A stretch of 64,000 bases of DNA from Candidatus Hadarchaeota archaeon (GTDB lineage Archaea > CAYQAE01 > CAYVLA01), in assembly GCA_964621445.1 (NCBI GenBank), contig CAZUNO010000015.1, forward strand, positions 1-64,000, written 5' to 3'. Every line of letters begins with the position of its first letter. Within the stretch, counting starts at the first letter, position 1. The position numbers and the translations under genes are program-made. Below the pieces are notes generated by a model. It did no database searches. It was not told the origin of the DNA and was given only the letters and a program-made list of their open reading frames with translations. Below, in pieces: positions 28,999-38,590 of the stretch.

Positions 28999-30252
28999 CT
29001 AACGGCTGAATTTGGTTATCCCGACGTCTCGATAAAGGTGTTTTCTGGCCATCAACGTCCACAGGACGTAACCCGAAACCATCAACGCGGATGTGGTGAC
29101 AAGCCATTCGATGGTGTAGACCCATAGAAGGGCAATGCCTCTCAGGTCCCTTGCCATTTTATCCGCTTCTTGAAGGTCCTGAAAAACCCGTGTCATCGTT
29201 TTTTCGCATTCAACAAATTCTTGGTTCAGGTACTGCTCCTCGGCCATATGGACTTCGTCTTCGAGTTCCCATATGGCCTTCTGGACCTTTTCTGTATTGG
29301 CTCCGAACTTATCGATGAAATCGCTTAGCGAGATAAGCACTGCCTTTTTCGCTCTGAATTCGATGAAGCTAGACTTTAGGCGATGAAATACCTCTACATC
29401 CTGGATGAGAGATCTTCCCGTGGAGTAGAGGATGATGTTGGTGAGAATGTCTGGAGCGTATATATTATCATTTGATGTCTTGGGATAGCGGAAGAAACCA
29501 AGTTCCTTGTGCATGGCGTCACCAATTGTCATCGTGGTCCCCTCCCCGTATTTCCAGGTGATTAGATATGGAACATCTTCATTCCCCGGGAAGTTCCCCA
29601 CCTGCCAGGCGAGAATTGTAGATCCGTCCCGTGGTATCAATAACCTCGATTCACTGCAACCAACTTCTTCAATTCCATATGGAATATAGGGAGTCAATAC
29701 CGGGTCGGGGAAGTCCTTGTTGACACGTACTGTGAAATGATTATATGTGCTCTCTCCACCGCCTCCCCGCGCAACGACTGCTGGCGCATCATTGGGGAAT
29801 GACTGTTGCGTGAGGGAGTTGGCCCAAGCCTCATGTATTTGGGAAACTATACTGAAGACGCTTGCATCATTAAAACCCCCCGCTCCTTCCTCTATAACGT
29901 CGTGCATCCACTTGTCCTGCTGTGTCGTGAACAGGTAGTATTCCGGAGAAGTCAAGAGTATATAGTCAAAGCTCTTCATCTCCTCATAAGTTCGAGGAAA
30001 GTACTGTCGTATGTACTTGATCATGGTACTCGCTCCACCTCGGATGTAGTCACCTCTAGCTGGAATTGCCACCATGTCAATGAGGGGTTCGTCCCTCAGA
30101 AAGTGGGGAAGTTGGGCGTTGCGATCCAGGATCTGCCCGGTGAGCATCACTTTGATCTGTTCTCCTCCTAGACAGGAGGGTGAAGAAATCAAAATAACTC
30201 CCGATAGCACCAGTATCAACAAAGACCAAAATTGGGAGGATGGATGATGCAA
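28999..30252 (-). CDS. Membrane-anchored GATase1-like paralogue P3
   Basis: Signal peptide; QYFPRTYEEMKSFDY, KFGANT and ALLWVYTIEW...LMARKHLY motifs. Confidence 0.85.
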   Translation of the reverse strand: MHHPSSQFWSLLILVLSGVILISSPSCLGGEQIKVMLTGQILDRNAQLPHFLRDEPLIDMVAIPARGDYIRGGASTMIKYIRQYFPRTYEEMKSFDYILLTSPEYYLFTTQQDKWMHDVIEEGAGGFNDASVFSIVSQIHEAWANSLTQQSFPNDAPAVVARGGGGESTYNHFTVRVNKDFPDPVLTPYIPYGIEEVGCSESRLLIPRDGSTILAWQVGNFPGNEDVPYLITWKYGEGTTMTIGDAMHKELGFFRYPKTSNDNIYAPDILTNIILYSTGRSLIQDVEVFHRLKSSFIEFRAKKAVLISLSDFIDKFGANTEKVQKAIWELEDEVHMAEEQYLNQEFVECEKTMTRVFQDLQEADKMARDLRGIALLWVYTIEWLVTTSALMVSGYVLWTLMARKHLYRDVGITKFSR

Positions 30253-30313
30253 AAATCTTCTCGCTTAAAAAGCGACGATTATTATATAACTATTTCGCCC
30301 GGGTTAACAGTTA

Positions 30314-31582
30314 TTGGGTTTACCTGTACCGCATAGAGCATTGAATAGGAGATTCCTCATATCATTTACCTGCCTGTTACTGGTGTTCGGCCCGAATGCT
30401 CTGGCGGCCGAGCGGATCGACCTCCTGCTCATAGGCCACGTGGTTTCCTCCTACAACCCGGTGACCACATTCCTGGATCCCGACCCTTCAGTCAGGTACA
30501 CCATAGTCCCCACCAGCGAGAGCCACGCGCTTCCCCTAAACGAGGATGATGCCAAGAGGTACGTAAAGCAGTACTTCCCTCGGACCTATGAAGACCTTGC
30601 CGATTACGACTTCCTGATGTACTCCATACCATACATTCTGCCCCTAACCCTGAACCAGATATCCTGGCTGAGGGAGGTCGTTTATTCCGGCGAATGCGGC
30701 GCACTCACGGATCAGGGAGGGCTGAGGCTGGACGTGAAGTACGCCCAGTTCTGGGTTAATTCCGGCATGAGCGAGGTGTTCGCCAATGATGCGGAGGCCG
30801 TGTTGCAGACGGGAAAGGTGACCTACAGCGACTCGGGGTACAGGCTTTCCGTTAAGCCGGAGGCCCAGCCCCAGGTCCTGGAACCCCTGATTAGCCTGGG
30901 TCTGGAGGACATCCCGGCCCTGGGCCTCTTCCACACCGTTCCCAGGGAGGGAGCACGGATAATAGCTGAGGCCATGGGCAACTTCCCGGACATACCCGGG
31001 TACTCGAAGAGCGCCCCCTGGCTCATGTACTACCAGTACGGAGAGGGGTCCTCTTGGACCCTCTGCGACAACTTCGTCAATCCGTTCTGGTGCGGCATGT
31101 ATTACGGGAGCGTGCAGGGCGACCTGCAGACCGATGTTCTGATGAACATCATATGGCCCACCGTGGGGTGGGAGCTTCCCAGGGACGCCGCGCTCGTTCA
31201 CAGGATACGCCTCCGTTTCAGGGATTACATAGAGGAGAGGAGTCTCCAGATCTCGGTGGTGGAGTTCGTGGACAGGCTTGGAGCCAATCTACTGCCGGTG
31301 GAGCAGGTCCTGGATACGGCAGACCAACTGAAGGGAGAGGCCGAAGAGCTTTACCTGGAACAGAGATACCAGGATTGCGAGGAGGAGCTTGACGGGGCAT
31401 TCGCAAAAATTGAGGAGGCCGGCGGGCTGGCCCTGGACCAGAAGAAACGGGCCCTGCTCTGGGTGTATATCATAGAGTGGGCCGCGGTGACCGGCGCCCT
31501 CATGATCTGCGGCTTCGTTATCTACACGGTGATGATCCAGAGGCGTTACTACAGGGAGATTCGCACCACTCGTACACAGTAA
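30314..31582 (+). CDS. Membrane-anchored GATase1-like paralogue P4
   Basis: Signal peptide; QYFPRTYEDLADYDF, RLGANL and ALLWVYIIEW...VMIQRRYY motifs. Confidence 0.85.
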   Translation: MGLPVPHRALNRRFLISFTCLLLVFGPNALAAERIDLLLIGHVVSSYNPVTTFLDPDPSVRYTIVPTSESHALPLNEDDAKRYVKQYFPRTYEDLADYDFLMYSIPYILPLTLNQISWLREVVYSGECGALTDQGGLRLDVKYAQFWVNSGMSEVFANDAEAVLQTGKVTYSDSGYRLSVKPEAQPQVLEPLISLGLEDIPALGLFHTVPREGARIIAEAMGNFPDIPGYSKSAPWLMYYQYGEGSSWTLCDNFVNPFWCGMYYGSVQGDLQTDVLMNIIWPTVGWELPRDAALVHRIRLRFRDYIEERSLQISVVEFVDRLGANLLPVEQVLDTADQLKGEAEELYLEQRYQDCEEELDGAFAKIEEAGGLALDQKKRALLWVYIIEWAAVTGALMICGFVIYTVMIQRRYYREIRTTRTQ

Positions 31583-31623
31583 TCATAAGATATTTGTCCT
31601 TCTCATTGCCCCCAAGCGTCGTG

Positions 31624-32469
31624 ATGGATTCACAGGCCCTATCGGTGATAATCGCCACGGTGCTTTTGGGACCCCCGCAGGCGGCCCCAATGTCAATAGC
31701 GATTATGGGTCTGGGAATAGAGAAGGCCATGGCACTTATGGCCTTTGGCCACCTGGGCAGTGCCCTGTTCCTTCTCTTTTTCTTTGAGCTGATCAGCCCC
31801 CTTATCGAAAAAATCAGGGGCTTTCTTGGCTATCTTTGGATAAGAATTAAGCAGAAAAGGGGCCTCAAACCCATTGAGGAAAGATCCAGCGTTCCGTTCC
31901 AGGTGATGACTCCGGGTAGCAAGTATTACCTTCTGGGCGCGGTGGCTTTTGTCTTCGCCTTCGGCTCCTTCGTGGGGGTTGCTGCCACAAAGGCAGTGAA
32001 CATGAAGCGCTCTCGGGCCTTCGCAGCCGTTCTAATCGGATGCGGAATCTCCGTGGTTTTCTGGTCCCTGGTGGCCTACTACCTATCCAGGACCATCAAA
32101 CCCTGGTTGATCACCCTGGTATTCCTGGTCCTGGCCCTGGCCCTTCTATGGAGGGGCAAGATCCTGGAAAACAGGTTCATGTCGGAGATCAGGAAACTGG
32201 GCATAAGGGGAGTCCAGGTCCTGTACCTCATGGCATATGAGGCATCCCCCCGAAAAATCGCTGCCAGGAGCCAGATGGGCATAGACGAGATAACCAAGGT
32301 GCTCGAGGAGCTGCGGAGAAAAGGGTATGTGACCTCAGTTGGACAAGACATATACGAGCTCACATCCAGGGGCCTGGACAGGGCTGGACGGCTCCCTGGA
32401 TGGTTGGTGGAGTCTCTAAAATCGGATGAAGAGGAGGGGAATAAGGATGAAACTGACGGAAGAAGTTGA
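31624..32469 (+). CDS. Multi-TM membrane protein with C-terminal winged HTH
   Basis: About five hydrophobic helices followed by ASPRKIAARSQMGIDEITKVLEELRRKGYV...YELTSRG. Confidence 0.75.
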   Translation: MDSQALSVIIATVLLGPPQAAPMSIAIMGLGIEKAMALMAFGHLGSALFLLFFFELISPLIEKIRGFLGYLWIRIKQKRGLKPIEERSSVPFQVMTPGSKYYLLGAVAFVFAFGSFVGVAATKAVNMKRSRAFAAVLIGCGISVVFWSLVAYYLSRTIKPWLITLVFLVLALALLWRGKILENRFMSEIRKLGIRGVQVLYLMAYEASPRKIAARSQMGIDEITKVLEELRRKGYVTSVGQDIYELTSRGLDRAGRLPGWLVESLKSDEEEGNKDETDGRS

Positions 32470-33400
32470 AGTAGGTTCTCTGGGATTAAGAAACAGGATA
32501 GTGATGCCACCCATGGCCACCGGACTGGCAACCGAGAAGGGCGAGGTGACCGATGAACTGATCGACCACTACTCGTCCCGGGCACCTTGGCTGGGGCTGA
32601 TAATCGTCGAACACAGCTATGTGCACCCCGAGGGTAGGCTTTCCAGCAGACAACTGGGAATATACGACGATTCCCTGGTACCGGGACTGGAGGAGCTATC
32701 AAGTTCGGTAAAGGAAGAGGGAACGCCGGTGTGCATCCAGATTAACCACGCAGGCGCCAAGGCCGAGCCGGGTCCAGACCGGTATGCGGTGGGACCAAGC
32801 GCCGATGAGAATGCACACCAGCTTACCGAGGCAGAGATCTCGGAGGTGGTCGAGTCCTTCGGCAAGGCGGCGGCAAGGGCAGTATCAGCCGGCTTCGATG
32901 CCGTCGAGGTCCACGGCGCCCATGGATTTCTGCTTAACCAGTTCACCTCCCCGGTAACGAACCGCAGACAGGACTCATACGGTGGATATATCAAGAATAG
33001 AATGCGGTTCCCGCTCATGGTGGTGGATAGGGTTAGAAGGGAGACCAACGGAGAGGCCCAACTATGGTATCGCCTGGGAGCAGACGATCGCAACCCCCGA
33101 GGCAATAGCACAGAGGACGCGGCCAAGATGGCCAGGATGCTAGTGGACAGTGGAGTGGAGGTAGTTGACGTCTCGGGAGGGGTCTGTGGCTCCCGTCCCA
33201 CAGGTCTCTCGGGACCTGGATACTTTGCATACGCTGCCCAAGCGGTCAAGGATGTCGTTGATGTGCCAGTGGTGGCCGTGGGCGGTATAAGGACCCCGGA
33301 AGATGCGGAGAGGATATTGTCGGAATGGAATATCGACCTGGTGGCCGTGGGCCGGGCTCTACTTGAGGACCCCGAATGGGGTAGAAAGGCACAGGAATAG
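32447..33400 (+). CDS. NADH:flavin oxidoreductase (Old Yellow Enzyme family)
   Basis: LRNRIVMPPM, QINHAG, GFDAVEVHGAHGFLLNQF, NRRQDSYGG and VGRALL motifs. Confidence 0.95.
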   Translation: MKLTEEVEVGSLGLRNRIVMPPMATGLATEKGEVTDELIDHYSSRAPWLGLIIVEHSYVHPEGRLSSRQLGIYDDSLVPGLEELSSSVKEEGTPVCIQINHAGAKAEPGPDRYAVGPSADENAHQLTEAEISEVVESFGKAAARAVSAGFDAVEVHGAHGFLLNQFTSPVTNRRQDSYGGYIKNRMRFPLMVVDRVRRETNGEAQLWYRLGADDRNPRGNSTEDAAKMARMLVDSGVEVVDVSGGVCGSRPTGLSGPGYFAYAAQAVKDVVDVPVVAVGGIRTPEDAERILSEWNIDLVAVGRALLEDPEWGRKAQE

Positions 33401-33407
33401 GCAGTTA

Positions 33408-33983
33408 ATGGTAATAGAGGGAACATTCATAACTCCCGACGGAAAGCCAGGAGCGAGGAACAACCCATTGAAGATCCAAGATGCCGAGGAGCTCTTAAGA
33501 AAAATTCAGAAAAGGTACAATAAGAATCCAGATCAAGATTGGCGAATACTCATGGGCCGCGACTCCTCCGGACGCCCGACCCAGCTCATAGGAAACTCGA
33601 AAGCGTCCTGGCAGATAAAAGGAGAGATGGTTAAACCTAGCAAGTTTGCTGGTGTGGGTTCCAGGCTCAAGGGAGTCAGCGGAGATGACCTGCTCGACGT
33701 GGGTGATCCCTTTTACGGCCTGAGGCCGGTCAAGAAGGAAGCGATGAGAAATATGCTCAAGACGGGCTCAAAAAAGTCACTCAAGAACTTGATAGGCCTG
33801 CCCCCGGCCTCACTGGATAGCGTGTCCTCTGCGGAGGCCCTCCTGGAGGGCCCCATCCTCCACTCGAGAACCCCTATCACCCCTATCTCGGACAAGCAGA
33901 GGGAGCTGGAGAACTCCCTCAACAGAAGTTTAGAGAAGTTAATGAGGGACAGATATCCGGAGACCAGAAGTGCCTACGGATAA
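33408..33983 (+). CDS. Conserved archaeal hypothetical protein
   Basis: Long ORF in a co-oriented run; resembles (from memory) a euryarchaeal family ending in a helical E-L-x-x-x-L segment. Confidence 0.65.
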   Translation: MVIEGTFITPDGKPGARNNPLKIQDAEELLRKIQKRYNKNPDQDWRILMGRDSSGRPTQLIGNSKASWQIKGEMVKPSKFAGVGSRLKGVSGDDLLDVGDPFYGLRPVKKEAMRNMLKTGSKKSLKNLIGLPPASLDSVSSAEALLEGPILHSRTPITPISDKQRELENSLNRSLEKLMRDRYPETRSAYG

Positions 33984-33991
33984 TCCCTGAG

Positions 33992-35065
33992 GTGAAGTAC
34001 CTGCCATCCATTGATGTTCGTGATTTACCGAGTTCAAGAGAGGTGACCGTTACCCGGGATAAGGGCTATTTCCCGGTGGTCGTCCAAACCGGACCCAGCA
34101 AGGCGGTCGCCGTGGTCCGGGCTGGAGCCGGACATATTGGCCTGAGGGGAAGGCTGGAGGTGGTCAGAACCGAGGACTCCGGACTTACCTGGTCCCAACC
34201 CGTTGTGGCAGCGGACAGCGAGTGGGATGATAGGAATCCCTCCCTGGGCAAGACCCGTCGCGGCGATCTGGTGCTCGCATATCACCACCAGGGAAATTAC
34301 GACTCCGATGGCAATATCGTGAAAGGAGATCGCGTTGACACCCTTCTCACCACCTCCACCGACGAGGGAGGCACCTGGAGCGACCCATACCCATTGAACC
34401 TAGAGGAACTCCGGGGACGTTCACCCTACGGCAGGATGATCAACTATGGCGATCAGCTGCTGATGCCGATCTATGGAGCGGAGATAGGGAGGAAACTTCC
34501 TCTGGACCGTCCCTGCAGGAGCTACATAATCAGATCGGAGGACGGGGGCAGGACCTGGAAGACTCCAACCGAGATAGCCAGTGAGATGAACGAGACATCG
34601 CTACTACCGATGCCCGATGGAGATATCATCGCCTTCCTGAGATCGGAAAAGGGCCATCCCGCTTCCATCTACGGCTCCTTCTCTAGCGATCAGGGGTATA
34701 AATGGTCTGAGCCCTCCCGGATAACAGCCGACTCGGAACACCCGGCCGACGCCCTTCTGTTGTCCAACGGCTGGACCCTTCTCTGCTTTGGAAATCGGCA
34801 CCATCCGTACGGGGTCCAGGGCCTGGTGAGCACCGATGGCGGCAAATCATGGAATGGGACCAGGTTGATATTCACCGACGACCTGCCGGATACGGACATC
34901 GGCTATCCGAGCATGACCATGTTTGATAACGGAAGGATTATGATCATGTATTACTCGAGAGGTATCAAGTCCAAATATAGCGGGAAAGGCGCCTTCGCGA
35001 GAGCCATCCTCTTCGAGGAGGATGAGTTGGTTTCAGCCCTCCAGAAAAGCGGGGCTGGAAAGTAA
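33992..35065 (+). CDS. BNR/Asp-box repeat (sialidase-like) protein
   Basis: Several S-x-D-x-G-x-T-W boxes (TEDSGLTWS, STDEGGTWS, SEDGGRTWK, STDGGKSWN); DIGYP motif. Confidence 0.88.
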   Translation: MKYLPSIDVRDLPSSREVTVTRDKGYFPVVVQTGPSKAVAVVRAGAGHIGLRGRLEVVRTEDSGLTWSQPVVAADSEWDDRNPSLGKTRRGDLVLAYHHQGNYDSDGNIVKGDRVDTLLTTSTDEGGTWSDPYPLNLEELRGRSPYGRMINYGDQLLMPIYGAEIGRKLPLDRPCRSYIIRSEDGGRTWKTPTEIASEMNETSLLPMPDGDIIAFLRSEKGHPASIYGSFSSDQGYKWSEPSRITADSEHPADALLLSNGWTLLCFGNRHHPYGVQGLVSTDGGKSWNGTRLIFTDDLPDTDIGYPSMTMFDNGRIMIMYYSRGIKSKYSGKGAFARAILFEEDELVSALQKSGAGK

Positions 35066-35071
35066 GCTTTG

Positions 35072-37120
35072 TCAGGGGAGGGTTATGGTGTTAACCTCGG
35101 TTTGTGATTCCATTCCCTGGACGAGGTCCCGGTCATGAGTTACCAGGATGACCTGTCCAAGTTCCTCCAGACCGGCAAGGGTGCTGGCCAGAGATCGAAC
35201 GTTTTCCTGGTCCATGTATTCTGTCGGCTCATCGAGTATCAGAAATCCCTGGTCCTGGACCTCGGGCTCCGTCTCCCTGAAGACCCGGGACAGCGCTATC
35301 CTCATGGAAAGACCGGCCATCACCCTTTCTCCCACCGATAACATCTCCAGAGGCATCTTTCCGGAGGCTGTGCGGGCGATAACCCCGTAGTCATCATCAA
35401 GTTCTAGACCCTCTATAAAATCCCCGGAATATATATCCCGGAAAATCTGGTCCGTGCGGGACTCGACAGTTGGTAATATCCGTTTTCTGGCATGAGGACC
35501 GATATTGTTGAATGCCCATCTGATGTCCTTAACCCGTTCTAGCTCATCCTCCAGGGAGGAATGCCTTTCCTCAATGGATTTCAAGCGGGTCTTTTTCATC
35601 TGTTCCTGGCCGAGTTTGTCCATGAGCTGGGAGATCTCCTTTTCCAGCCTCTCCAGCATCCGTTTGTCGGCCATGTACTTCGCCAAGCGGTTCGATTCCT
35701 GGCCAACAGAGGGCGCCGACTTCTCCATCTCCTGGAGCATTTCCTTTTCCTTCTTTATCTCCTTTTCCATCTCCCGCTTGCTCTGGAGATCGGAGCTGAG
35801 CTGGGTCTCTATCTCCTCCTTTGAGGTCCTCAATCCGGAGTTCTGGGACCTCGCCTCCGATATCTCCCTCTCGGCTTCCCGCAGTTCCTGGTCTAGCCTG
35901 GAAAGACGGGACTGAAACCTGTCAACTGCCTGTTTGAATCTCTCCCTATCCTTCTCCTTGGACCGGATAGAGCTCTGAAGATCCTGGATCTTCTGGTCAA
36001 GGCTTCCTCGGGCATCCCGCGCGTGTTGAACGGTGAGTTGTGATCCACACAGAGGACAGATTGATTCACCCTCGGCCTCCATCTGGGAGAAGGTTTTTAC
36101 CAGCCTCTCCTGCAACTCGAGATCGGCCTGGAGCTTCAGCACATCATTCTCCAGCTGCTGCAGGCTCTGCTGGTGCTCCTGAAGGTCCTCCGCTATCCTC
36201 TTTTTCCTCTCCTGCAGGCTCTGCTTCTCCTCGCGGAGGGATTCTATCCGATTTTCCCTCCTCAGGATATCAGCTTCGATCTCGTTCAGCCTTTCGTTTG
36301 CGGAGTCGATCCGCTCGTCCAGGGCCCCTCTATTGTGCTCAATGTTCTCCAGCCTCTGTCTAGTTGATGCCTGGTCCCTGCCGCCTTCCAGGTCTTGGGC
36401 AGAGATATCCTCGGAAATACCAGGCTCGCTCTTCATTTTCTTGATCTCAGCCTGGAGGGTCATCTTCTCCTCCATACGACGGGAGAGCTCTTCTGATATC
36501 GATTCCGCGTTTTCCACCTCGGCCTGGGCCCTTATCAGCTCCTCTCTTGCCCCGGACACCTCGTCTTCCAGCCTGGACTGCCTTTTCCTAAGGTCCTTCC
36601 AGGCCTCCTCGAAAACCCCGAGGCCTATCATGCGGTCAATCTCCCTTTCTCTCTCCTTTCCGGCCTCCAGAAGAGACCGGATTTCCCCCTGTCTTATGTA
36701 ACAGGAGTTCCGGTATGTGCCCTGGTCGACAGGGAGCAGATCGTCCAGGGTCGCCTCCACCGCTGTTTTCTTTGAGGACATCTCATCTCCATTCCTGGTC
36801 AACCGTGTCTGGGTGGTTGATGCGCCCTCGTCACCTTTACTTAACTGCCTGAGAATGCGGTAGGAGCCTTCCGTAGAGACGCCACGTGGTCGAAAGCTGA
36901 GGGAGACTGTGCACTGGTTCTCCCCGATACTAACCAGTGGTGCAAGCCCGGTTGTACCGGTAACCGAGCCAAACAGGGCGAATTCTATGGACTCCAAGAT
37001 CGACGTCTTGCCCGAGCCATTCGGTCCCTGGAGTATGTTGATGCCGGGTGAGAAACGGACATTCCTGTCCTGGAAAATTTTGAAATTATGGAGTGAAAGT
37101 TCATTCACCATCATCTTCAT
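35072..37120 (-). CDS. Rad50/SbcC-like SMC ATPase with zinc hook
   Basis: GPNGSGKTS, YIRQGEI, coiled coils, CPLCG hook, LSVGE signature, ILDEPT and VTHD motifs. Confidence 0.9.
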   Translation of the reverse strand: MKMMVNELSLHNFKIFQDRNVRFSPGINILQGPNGSGKTSILESIEFALFGSVTGTTGLAPLVSIGENQCTVSLSFRPRGVSTEGSYRILRQLSKGDEGASTTQTRLTRNGDEMSSKKTAVEATLDDLLPVDQGTYRNSCYIRQGEIRSLLEAGKEREREIDRMIGLGVFEEAWKDLRKRQSRLEDEVSGAREELIRAQAEVENAESISEELSRRMEEKMTLQAEIKKMKSEPGISEDISAQDLEGGRDQASTRQRLENIEHNRGALDERIDSANERLNEIEADILRRENRIESLREEKQSLQERKKRIAEDLQEHQQSLQQLENDVLKLQADLELQERLVKTFSQMEAEGESICPLCGSQLTVQHARDARGSLDQKIQDLQSSIRSKEKDRERFKQAVDRFQSRLSRLDQELREAEREISEARSQNSGLRTSKEEIETQLSSDLQSKREMEKEIKKEKEMLQEMEKSAPSVGQESNRLAKYMADKRMLERLEKEISQLMDKLGQEQMKKTRLKSIEERHSSLEDELERVKDIRWAFNNIGPHARKRILPTVESRTDQIFRDIYSGDFIEGLELDDDYGVIARTASGKMPLEMLSVGERVMAGLSMRIALSRVFRETEPEVQDQGFLILDEPTEYMDQENVRSLASTLAGLEELGQVILVTHDRDLVQGMESQTEVNTITLP

Positions 37121-37352
37121 TGCCCATCTCCAACGAGCGTTTGAGCTGGTCCTCGATGTCCCCGGTCCGCTTTTGGCTCTCCTTTGCCGGTGATCCCGTC
37201 TTATTCTCCCCTTGATCCCCTGCCTTCTCCCGGATTATGTCCGTGGCTTCCCTTATGAGAGTCTTTAGTTCGCCTTCTTCATACTTTTCTGAGAAATTTT
37301 CCCTCAGGAAGGATTCCAAGATCGAATAGATGTCCAACGAGCGCTTGGTCAT
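37101..37352 (-). CDS. Small helical hypothetical protein coupled to the Rad50-like gene
   Basis: 83-aa ORF from ATG 37352 with TATA-like TTTAAG ~25-30 nt upstream; overlaps the Rad50-like start. Confidence 0.6.
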   Translation of the reverse strand: MTKRSLDIYSILESFLRENFSEKYEEGELKTLIREATDIIREKAGDQGENKTGSPAKESQKRTGDIEDQLKRSLEMGNEDDGE

Positions 37353-37412
37353 ATCAAAGATAGGGAGGCCTGATGGCCTTAAAGTATTTCTGCGCCGGGT
37401 CTCCCCCGCCAT

Positions 37413-38492
37413 CTATTCCCAGTAGCTCTTCAGTATCTCAAGGTAATTCCGATAATTGCTAAAGGAGATTCCCGGGGAAACGCAGTGATCCAGGCTGGGT
37501 ATATATCCCCCCTCCTGGAGGAGAAAATCGAGCTTGTTTTTGACCTCCTCCTCCAGGGCGCGACCTCCCTTGGCGATCTTTCGCTTGTCTATATTGCCGA
37601 TCATGAGCAGGTCACGACCGTACTCCCTCCTGAGCTCTATGGCGTTCTCCCCCGCTGCCGCCTCAAGGGGGTACAGACAGTTAACTCCGCCCTCCAGAAA
37701 GCAGGGGGTGATGGTGTCATTGTTACCGTCGCTGTCAACCATGATGATGTCTATGCCTCTATCCCTCAGAAAACCGGTTATCTTTTTGTATCCGGGAAGC
37801 ATGAATTCCCGCCAAAGCTCGGGGGAGATGTGGGGACCGCTGTGGTAGGCCATATCCTCCCAAAGAGTTGCGTAGTCTATGCGGGCCTCGGAGACGGCCT
37901 TCCTGCAAGCATCCACCTGGAACTGGGCCAGAAAATCGAATAGCTCCCGGATAAACTCGGGTTCCCGGAACATCATCATTATCAGCCTTTTCAGTCCCAT
38001 CATGTTACGGGCATTGCCGAAAAGGCCAGGAAAGTGGATGCCAACCGGATGTTCAACAACCTCGTAGTATTCCATTAGTTCCGGTCCCCAGTTCTTGGGG
38101 TATCTCCTCATGTCATGAGGATCATATCTGTCCCTTATCTTCTCAAAATCCCCAGGAGTATTGACTCCAAACTCAATGAACTGGGGTATGCTCGAGCCCA
38201 CCTTCAGCGTCTTGGCCACCCACCTGAGACCGGATCCCATGGTCTCGGTGACCCTGGTGCGTTCGTCCTCCCTTATGGTCCGGGTCACATAGCTGGGAAT
38301 GGGCCCGAAGTCCAATCCTATCCTTTCCCGCTTGTCGAAACCCAGGAATTCCTGGTGGTCGACGCCCGCGGGCAATCCCTCCCTGCGCCAGCGATTGACG
38401 GTCTCCTGCCAGAAATGTAACCATTCGTAGAACGGAGGCCTGTCCGCATCCTTGAAGTGCATCCAGGCGTTGAACCTTTCCCGGTCGTTCAT
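37413..38492 (-). CDS. Uroporphyrinogen decarboxylase/MtaA family protein
   Basis: MNDRERF..DRPP, WEDMAY..GPHISP, VDSDGN, IGNIDK and GGYIPSLDH motifs. Confidence 0.9.
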   Translation of the reverse strand: MNDRERFNAWMHFKDADRPPFYEWLHFWQETVNRWRREGLPAGVDHQEFLGFDKRERIGLDFGPIPSYVTRTIREDERTRVTETMGSGLRWVAKTLKVGSSIPQFIEFGVNTPGDFEKIRDRYDPHDMRRYPKNWGPELMEYYEVVEHPVGIHFPGLFGNARNMMGLKRLIMMMFREPEFIRELFDFLAQFQVDACRKAVSEARIDYATLWEDMAYHSGPHISPELWREFMLPGYKKITGFLRDRGIDIIMVDSDGNNDTITPCFLEGGVNCLYPLEAAAGENAIELRREYGRDLLMIGNIDKRKIAKGGRALEEEVKNKLDFLLQEGGYIPSLDHCVSPGISFSNYRNYLEILKSYWE

Positions 38493-38590
38493 CCCATCAC
38501 CGTCAAAGGGGGTTATAAGCTCCGATTTAACTATTCCTGCTCCGGGCAGGGGGCAAAGGATATTTAGAACCTACAGGAAAATTACTTGCA

